Virus record (IMG/VR): IMGVR_UViG_3300030060_006882
Coordinates: 1-64,000 of that record
DNA from: a virus
Length of the DNA: 64,000 bases
Reading direction: 5' to 3' (one strand)
The translations under genes were made by a program, and so were the position numbers. Below the pieces are notes generated by a model. It had not been told where the DNA came from and made no database searches. It saw only the letters and a program-made list of their open reading frames with translations. This document shows, in pieces, positions 1 through 9,600 of this stretch. Numbering within the stretch: position 1 is the first letter of the stretch; the number at the start of each line of letters is the position of its first letter.

Positions 1-633
1 CAAGACAGCACGGTGACATTTGATCTTGGACCGCTTACAAAATCAGAACCACCCGAGGGAGTAGCTCTTGAATATGATCCAAATGAAATTTATCCGGGAA
101 ATGTTGTAGATGTAACCATAACAACTACCAATACTCCATTCCCGGACGATGTGTCATTTATAGAGAAAGATGATGTGAACACCGGCGGATGTATTTTAGT
201 GGAAGATGCTCCCGCTTACCTAGGTACTCCTGCAGAGTCAGCTATAAATTGTAGTATTCAAAGCAATACACAAAAAACCTTGAAGGTAAAAATAGATGAC
301 GGTGCTATTGCTGGTCAAAATATAAATCTTAAGGTTTACTACTTCTGGGCAATAGAAGAAGATCCAGTAGTAAATAAGTTTCCTCACACATGGGAGCTTG
401 GTAACTTGGTTGGTGGGGGGTTTGAACTTTTAGGTTACCTAGAATTAAATGCTGTAATAATACAAGAGCCTTCATTTACTGCATCATTAATTATAGATCC
501 AGACGTTGATGGTGACGGGTTTGCAGATACATATGATGATACCATAAAAGTTGATCTTGTTGGTAGAACAGAATTAGATATAGAACAATATAAATGGACA
601 GTTGAATTTTCTAAATTTCCTGAATTGGATTAA
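1..633 (+). CDS. Acidic beta-rich virion-type protein, 5'-truncated by the window edge; possibly the upstream part of the giant ORF
   Basis: Frame is open from base 1 to TAA 631-633. Segments EIYPGNVV and GQNINLKV resemble DLYPGNQNINLKL in the next ORF. Confidence 0.65.
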   Translation, partial: QDSTVTFDLGPLTKSEPPEGVALEYDPNEIYPGNVVDVTITTTNTPFPDDVSFIEKDDVNTGGCILVEDAPAYLGTPAESAINCSIQSNTQKTLKVKIDDGAIAGQNINLKVYYFWAIEEDPVVNKFPHTWELGNLVGGGFELLGYLELNAVIIQEPSFTASLIIDPDVDGDGFADTYDDTIKVDLVGRTELDIEQYKWTVEFSKFPELD

Positions 634-638
634 AATAA

Positions 639-3600
639 ATGTACATACACGACTACTGGAATAATACAGAACTATATGATGTATATGATAATTTTTATTT
701 ATTCGATACTGCAGATACGGTATGGGAAGACAACACCGGAAAATGGTTGAGTGGTCCAGATTCCAATTCATACTTAGCTGCTACAGGGTTTCCTCTCACC
801 AGAGAGGAGATAGGAAGCGATAGGTACATAGACTATGTACAGAGTCTTAATTTTAGTTCAAGTGACGATCAGGGAGATATATGGCAGAGAGTGAGAGTAA
901 TCCCCAAGGGATGGTCTACGAATGAAAACCTATATCCCATGTTTAAAATAAATGAAGGTCCTGACTTCTCTCAAGTTTCTGTTAGATTTTCTAGTTTATT
1001 TACTAGCATATCATATAATAATTTCGATGCTTATGGTTTTGAGAGTACTCAAGGACCAAATCCTGTTCCGGATTCATCCTCTAGAAATATAAACACTACC
1101 AATACATCATGGCCACTAGCATATCCAATTCATGACAGAGTAATAGCAACCTGCGCCCACTTCGTTGTCTCAACTACCACCAATGAGACTCTAAATCCAT
1201 TTGACAATGCATATAAGCATTTTTACTTTATGGACAAAGACGGAAACGTGTATAAGAAAAAATTTAAATTTATACCAAGTGAGCCTTTTGCTACAAGAGA
1301 AGAGCGATGGAATTTCAGGAAGACTAGAAAAGTCGCTGACATGTTTTTGTTGGAATTGGAAGACGGAGAATCTGGATTTAACTCCATAGGTATCACACCC
1401 ATAACAGAAAATATCGCAAAGTTTACAAATATAGGAGACTCATTTTTTGAACAAGGACAAGTAGGTGCCCAAAATTCTACACCGGCAATAATTCTGGATT
1501 CTCAAGGAAGAGGTGATATTGTTGGACTAAGAAAGGATGATGGATCCATAACTGCAGTTGGTGCGACCGGCTTTACTCATTTTCCCCTTTCTACTTACGG
1601 AGCAGTATTTACTGGTGACAGTGGCACACCATGTTGGGGATATAGTCCAAGTATTGGTTACATATTTTATGGAGGATATAACGGGCTAAACGCGGGTAAT
1701 TTGTCTGACACGACATCGGATATAGGCTATGGTGGTATCTACAATTTAATGAGAACAGGACAGAGAGACTATTTCGACACAGGCGAGATTGTACAAGAAA
1801 CTCATCGTTTTCCGTTGAATGGTGGTTCATATTACACTAACTATGAATATCCCACATTTGTAGAAAGACCCGAAGATCTAAAGGATGATGTTGACTTATA
1901 TCACCTAGGCTCAAATTTTCAACCAAAGATAAATTCAGTGCCATTCAGTTGTGGAGTAACCGATATCTATGGAAACACATCCACAACAAATACAGTAACA
2001 ACCCAAAAAGATATTAGATTTTTTTATGATGAAGATGTACATGGCGATAATCTTGAGGCGACTAACATAAGAATAGTTCTGAGTGGCGGTGAAGAAGATT
2101 CTTATGAACCTGGTCTCGATAACGATATTTACACTGATTTCTTTTGTACGTGTGATTATAAAGGGAAAATATTAACTCCAGATAATGTACAAACAATGCC
2201 ACTTCATTTTAGTACGGCAAAGGTAGAGTATAAAGGACCAACCGACTCTGATTGGATAGAAGCACCCTCTCCATTGGGCACCCAAGGGAATTATTGGGAA
2301 CGAAAGCCTATTTCTAATTTTAGTCCGCCAAGGGCTACTATCGATTCATCACCTAGAGCATTCCTGACTGCATTTGAGGGAACTGTTTTTGATGTAATCG
2401 GAACTCAAGTTAGAGTTAAATTTAGTATAATTACAAATGACGTTAGCTATGATACAACGGTCGAACTTGGAACTGTTAGAGAATCTAATCCAGCAACTAA
2501 TTTTAGATTGGAACTGGAAAATGATGACGATCTATATCCAGGAAACCAGAATATAAACTTAAAATTAAGATGGGACGGCACTGATGTGGTTCCAGTGCCT
2601 AGGTTTATAGATGACTTTTCATCTAACAATACAATATACTCTCCTGATGAGTATGTTAGCAACATACAACGTATTGACGATGAAACTTTTTCTATAGATT
2701 TGTCACAAGAAACTCCACCAGGAACTGAATTAATAATAGGAATTGTACCCGGTGCTATTGATCCACCATATGATAATCAATCTGCTGCTTTTAACGACAC
2801 TGTTTCTGGTCCTCCAGTAATAGCAATTACCGATTTTTCTACAGCCCAAGATGCTCAAGTCACCGTAGGCGATGAAATAATCCTCGAGGCAGACTTAGAA
2901 TATTATATTGGTGGAACTATTACTACATCTATAAACATAGATGGAAACCCAGTTGCATCAGAAACCATAACCAATGCAACAGAACTCATTGGAGATCTTT
3001 ATAGACTAACCTATGTTGTTACTCAGGACGATATAGATCAAAATGTAGCCTGGAGTTACTCAATAGAGGTAACTAATTCTTCAGGATTATCTTCGTCTGA
3101 AACAAGATCTGGTACTATTAAACAACTTCCAAGAATAAACGTAAATCCCACAACCACAGCTTCGGGTGTAGTCCTGACTAATGGTGATAACATCGTGATT
3201 GACGTAGATCTGGTAAACATGGACGCAAACGGAACTGCAACTGCAAACATAGTGGTGGATGGAGATACTGTAGAAACAACTACATTGTCATCCGGAGAAA
3301 CATCATTAAATCTAACTCATACCATAGCGAACATAGAGAGCGACACCACATGGAGTCTAGATGTAACTATAACTAATGATTTTGATTCTGTTGGTGTGTT
3401 TTATAGTACAGATGGTACTGTTGATGTATTGGAAACTCCTACTATTATAGTGAACAATGCAGTTTCTACTAGTGGAACAATTGTTCCCGGAAACACCATA
3501 GTTTTAGAGGCAACAATAGGAAACTACAGTTCTGTTGAAGGTTCTATAACCATAAACGGAATTGACACTGGTGCGTCTGGTACATTAACTGGAGACCTGT

Positions 3601-6600
3601 ATAGAATAGAATATACAACTGCACAGGATGAAGTAGATTCTACTGCAAATTGGGTTTCTAGTATATCAGCTTTTAATACAAGTGAGTCCACAACAGTAAG
3701 CAGAGATGGATCTATATTTGTTTCTACAGAGGATGTGCCTTTATTGGAAGTAGGTTCTCTACTGCCAGGGGAATGGACAGACACAGAACAGCCAGACTCT
3801 TATTCTGATGGTGGTAATCATCCGGCAGATCAGGGGAGTTTACCCATGGCAAGATGGAATGTCATTCCTATGCAGGTTGTTCCTTCGGGTGGATTTGAAA
3901 TCGGTGTCGTTGCTTTCCATGCAAATGGAATTGACAGAGTAGAATTTGAAGCAAACGGTGGTGACACAGTAATCGTAAATAAAATGACACGAAATTCACG
4001 AACAGGCAATCGTGAGTATTCAGTAAATCTCAATATGTCCAGTGGAGATCAACTAGTTGAAATTCGTGCGATAGTATATCCTAAAGATCAAGGAACACCA
4101 TTCGTTCTTCAGAACACACGTACAGACTTCCCACATGAAAATTATCTAGGAAATCCAACTCATTTGCTACAAAGAGTAGCAAATGTCCCATCGAGTAAAG
4201 CTTCTACGGTTCTTGGTGAAGGTGAACACTCGATGTTCTTGTGGGGACCAAACAAATACTCAGATGCTCCAACGCTATATGTCACACCATCGACTGGATC
4301 TTCTGATGGACCTGGAACCATAACTCAACCATACGACACTTTAAAGAACGCATGGAACGCAAATAGATTCTCTCTCGAAAATGCGACTATAATACTAACC
4401 GAACCAGGTCTGTATGATATTAATCAATTAGGTAGTGCCAATGGTAATGAGGCATGGGTGACAATTAGTGCTAGTCCAGAATTAAATCAAGAAGATCCAA
4501 ACGATCAAGTTGTATTACACACGACCGCTACCCGCAATGGTGAGAAGATATCTGATTGGACTACAATAAACTCAAAAGCTCTGCATTTTAAAAATCTTTG
4601 GTTTGAACAAACGATACTTCAGCGCCTACAGCCAAACGGAAATGACGTATACTTTTGGTATGAAAATACCTACCATACAGATGCAGAGGGTCGATTTGGT
4701 GACAGTCCAAGAGGTTACGGTCAGATAAATAGCAACCTAAAACGAATTGGAGTATATTATGACGGTTGTCGTTTTTATAACAGGAAGCAAGGAGCTGGTG
4801 GTGGTATAATTTCAAGAAATTCAAACTGTACTAAAATTGCAGATAGTGACGTTTTTAGTGGCACGTCATTGCTTCTTGATAATACTGCTTCTGATATTAG
4901 ACTCACGGCAGAAAGTGGAGAACATGTAGATGTATGGCAACTCACTGGAGCAGAGGATGATTACACGATGGTGAGAAATAAAATTTGTTTTGGTCTTCGT
5001 GCATGGGACTGTGAACACAACCAACCCATTCTTCTTGATAAGAGTAGATCTGAGTTTTCTAGAATCGCTATGGTTGATGTTTCAAATGAAGGAAACCCAC
5101 CCGGAGAGCCTGAAGGCATAAACATTATGTCAATAGCAGATCACATCTTTATGAGCAACTGCTCATTCGATCACTTCCTTGGTTTCTATGGTGTGGGTGG
5201 ATTTGGCGTTCCATCTAGCAATTCATACACAAACTCATCTGTTCAAAATACAGTATTTAAATCTTGGAATTCTGAAGCGGGTTATACTACGGTTCCTACC
5301 GGAGTATGGGTTAGAAACTGTTTAGGCAAACCTGCACCGAATACTGGTACTCTTGAGGATAATGGTAGTAACGGTACTGGTCTTTGGAACAACATATTAA
5401 AAGATGACTTTACTCTAGAATGGGATGGCACTGATCTTCGTCCTGAGGGTCCCGGTTGGGATCAAGCAGAGGCTCTTGGTGGATTACCAATGGCAGGATT
5501 CAATGAGGTTCCACCTATCGGACACTTCCAGTACGAAGAACAACCAGCAGTTCCTATTCTTGATGTAAAAGAAGAATCTACACCAAACGGAGAAATTGAA
5601 CCGGGAACTGAAATAAAACTAAAGGTAGAAATACTAAATGAATATAGTTCTGTTGTAGGATTTATAACAGTAAATGATGTAGAAAAAACAACTGAAGTTA
5701 CAAATCTGGGTAACGACGAGTATGAAATAACATTCACCACAGACTCAGATCCCTCCAATCCATTAGAGCAAACTACATGGAAATCTAGTATAACTGCTAC
5801 TAATGAAAATGGATCCAATGAAGCACGCAGACAAGGTACATTTGAACCAGAAGAATTTATTCCTGCTAACAGGACCCCGGGCATTTATGAAAAAGATGTA
5901 TATTTAATTGGCGGGAATCTTGACATAAATGCTGAATTGGAATTTAGGAGTGACTGGAATGATTACACACCAGACGGAAAATATGACATACAATTCGGAA
6001 CTGAAATTCGCCAAAATTCAATTACAACGGTTAATGGACAAGAAATTGACTGGATGAATGTAAATGATAACAGCGATAATGATGATTTAATCTCAATGTC
6101 GGATAGTGATTTTGAATCTCACCTAAGACAACTTAAAGACAGATGGCGAGATCAGCTTGCTGATAACATTAGAATTAAGCAAGATAATGGAACACTCGTC
6201 ATGGACGATATAGATCTTTATATCTCAGATCCAGAAATAAAACTTGCAGACGAAAAATTTAGCTTTGAGTTTCACTTAGCTGCCTACTACCAACATGCAG
6301 TACCACTAGGTCTTGTATTAAAAAACAATCAATTGGAAAATGGTCTGTATTTTACTTGGGATTCTACTACTGAATTATCAACAGCAACATCCAAAGCAAA
6401 TATTTTTGTAGATGTTTGGTTGAAAGAATTATACGAGGACTTGATGTCAAATGAAAATTCTGATTTGGGGTTAGCAGGAAAATTTTGTCAATTTAACTTA
6501 CCTTATAGGTATCCCACAAATTCACTAAATGTTTTCAACAAACCAATTTTCAGAGATTACGACGAAGATGACAGAAAAGATTTTATACTAAATGTTCTTA

Positions 6601-9600
6601 ATATCCAATATGGAGAAAATGGACTTGGTATAGAAGATCTAGATCACACAACAATACGAGACATTTATGATAAGTGTGGAACATTTTCTGATTTTTTCCC
6701 GGCCACATATGCAACTGATATAAAATCGTGGAAAGGATATTTTCGTGCTCTTAATGAATTTGGAAAACCAAATAAAAATAGTACGATGGGACAAGGTAGA
6801 TTTAACAGTGCAGGAATTAGTACAACTAATCCCTGTTCGACATGGAAAGATCATCCAGACATTGCAGATAAACCATATTATAGCAAAGATGATTTTTATA
6901 TTGCAGACGCACCGGGTGGTATTTTTAGTGCAACAGAATTCTGGCAAATACCGGTATCCGTTTGGATTTACCTACAGGAGTTCACTGTAGAAACCTGCAC
7001 AAATATCAACCTTTGTAGATTCTGGGCTTTCATGACAGATGTTTCGATGTTTAATCCAAAAGGTTATAGTTCTGCAGAAGCTAACATAGACACAATGAAT
7101 GAACAAATTTCTGATTACTTTGGTGTTCCTTATAGTTTCCTACCATCAAACGATGATAGAATTAACTATTCAGAATATAGGGCATACGGACAGTGGAATC
7201 GTGACAAAATGCCTGGTGAAGCTGGAGAGTTTACATACACACCTCGCGATCTACCACTCCCGACTGTCAATATCGATGATGAAGTATCAACACCCGATGG
7301 AAATATTACTGCGGGTGATACCATTGTATTACAAGTAACTGCACAGGATTATGACACTGTGGGTGGATTCATGGTAGTAGGCGGAGTCTCGAAAGAAACT
7401 ACAGTACAGAATTTGGGGAATGACACTTACAAAATAGAATATACAACAGAGTCTGACATACCAGATCAAGTTACATGGAGTGCTGGTATTGTTGCATACA
7501 ATGCAGATAATTTTTCTACTAGTGTAGGAAGGTCTGGTAATGTAATTCCACAAGAGGAAGAAGTAGATCCCCCTGTGGTTACTTCTGTTTCTCCAACTAC
7601 AACGGGGGACATCAATGAGGGAACTGAAGTAACTTTAACTGTAACTGTACAAAATAATGATACTCCAGCTAATACCACTATAACAGGTAGTATAACTCTA
7701 GCTGGAGAAAGTGTACAAACAACGGTTATTCAGGATGAAACCGACGCAACAAAATATTCTATAACATATGACACTAGTAACTACACATTCAATGGAATCA
7801 ATGCTCAGTGGAAATCTAAAATAGAAGTAGAGAATGGTGGAGGTTCAGGTCAAGTAGAAAAAATTGGTAATGTTATAGCAATTCCAAATGACAGCTTTAC
7901 TGATACCATCCTTAGTCACACGATAGAGGATGGAAACGTCAAATATGAAATGGAAGATGCAGGAGGTCCGAATGTAGATCACTACTTACTAGAAAATTAT
8001 AATTGTACTACAATGTATATTGATGTAACTTCGGGATCAAACACAGGGAGACTAGAGTTTTTAAATGATCAGGATGTTGGTGATTTCATAGATACTGGAA
8101 AAGTTCTCAAACTACAATCAAATGAAGGAATTGTTTATGCTTTCAACTTCCAAGATGGAGGAAATGTAGTAACTTTTAATGTTGATACCACTGCTCTCTA
8201 TAATTCAAATTCTGATAATTATAGTCCTCTAACCGCGAGAGTAGTGAATGCTCCGGGTGAAGAAATATTACTAATACCAGACACCCTTGTAATTCCGTCA
8301 ACCCCTCCATCAATCGACTACGATCCTGTATGGGCAGAATTTGATGCTACTAGCCGTGGTGGTGCATTTGCAGATGCATTCACAGCAAAGCACAAGGAAG
8401 GTTGTGAAAATTGTCAACACAGTCAGACAGTAGGGCCCTTTGGTGATGATTGCAGAGAAAACGGAGACATTCTAATAGACTGTCCACCAGCAGACAGAGA
8501 GGCTTTGCCAATAGCAAGGTGGAATATTGTTCCTATGCAGGTTGCAACCGATAAAGATTATAATGGAGTTGGACAAAACGGATTTCAGAGTCCCAATGGA
8601 GCGAATCCTACAGGAGATGGATATACTGGATTTCCAATTGGTGTTGTTGCCTTTCATGCGAATGGTATAGAAAAAGTGGAATTTTTTGCAAATGGTGACG
8701 GTGATCTAGAAAATAGAGTAACAGTAAATAAAATGACAGTAAACCCAAGAACGGGTAATCGTGAATTTTGGGTAAATCTTCAACTTGATGACGACGATGA
8801 TCGTCTAATCGAACTTAGAGCAATAGTCTATCCGTATGAACAAGGAACACCATTTGTTTTACAGAATGTGCTTTCTTATGATGATGTAAATTATGAAGAC
8901 AGGTATAGATACTTACCAATGTCAAATTACGAAAACAATTATGAAATACTACAAAAAAGAGTTAGTCCTGCATTTACTCCAAGGTATGGTACTAATGATC
9001 TTTATGACGCTACTAATTTACCAGACGATTATACTGGTCCCATTCCACTTGTTGGTACGAATGGCAATGAAGTAAAATTAAGGAATTTTACCGGACAAAA
9101 CCAAGTTGGTGCTTCTGTAATAAATCAAGGTCAACACTCAATGTTCTTATGGGGACCTAAGAAATTTCAAGATTCTCCTAGACTTTACGTTGATCTTAAT
9201 TATACCGGAAGTTCTGATGGAACTTTCGCTAACCCATACAAAACAATACTAGATGCGTGGAATTATCTAAAAGACAACGAGAACTTTGAAGGTGCAGAAA
9301 TAATTTTATTATCACCTGGTCATTTTGACATGAATGAGGTAAAAAACGGAAGTGATAAAAGTGGTTGGTTAACGATCAGGGGTGATGAAGCTAATCATGC
9401 AAAAGAATATCTAATAGGTTCAAACACATGGGAGGGTGACGATAGACCTTCTCTTCGATTTGCTCCACAAAAAGTAAGGTTTAAAAACGTTGGATTTAGA
9501 GCAGGTCCCGGTATTTGGGTAGGTGACAGTAATACTGTTGAAGGTGAGGACACTCAATGGGTATCACCAAACTCCAATGAAAGTATGTACTGGTTCGATA

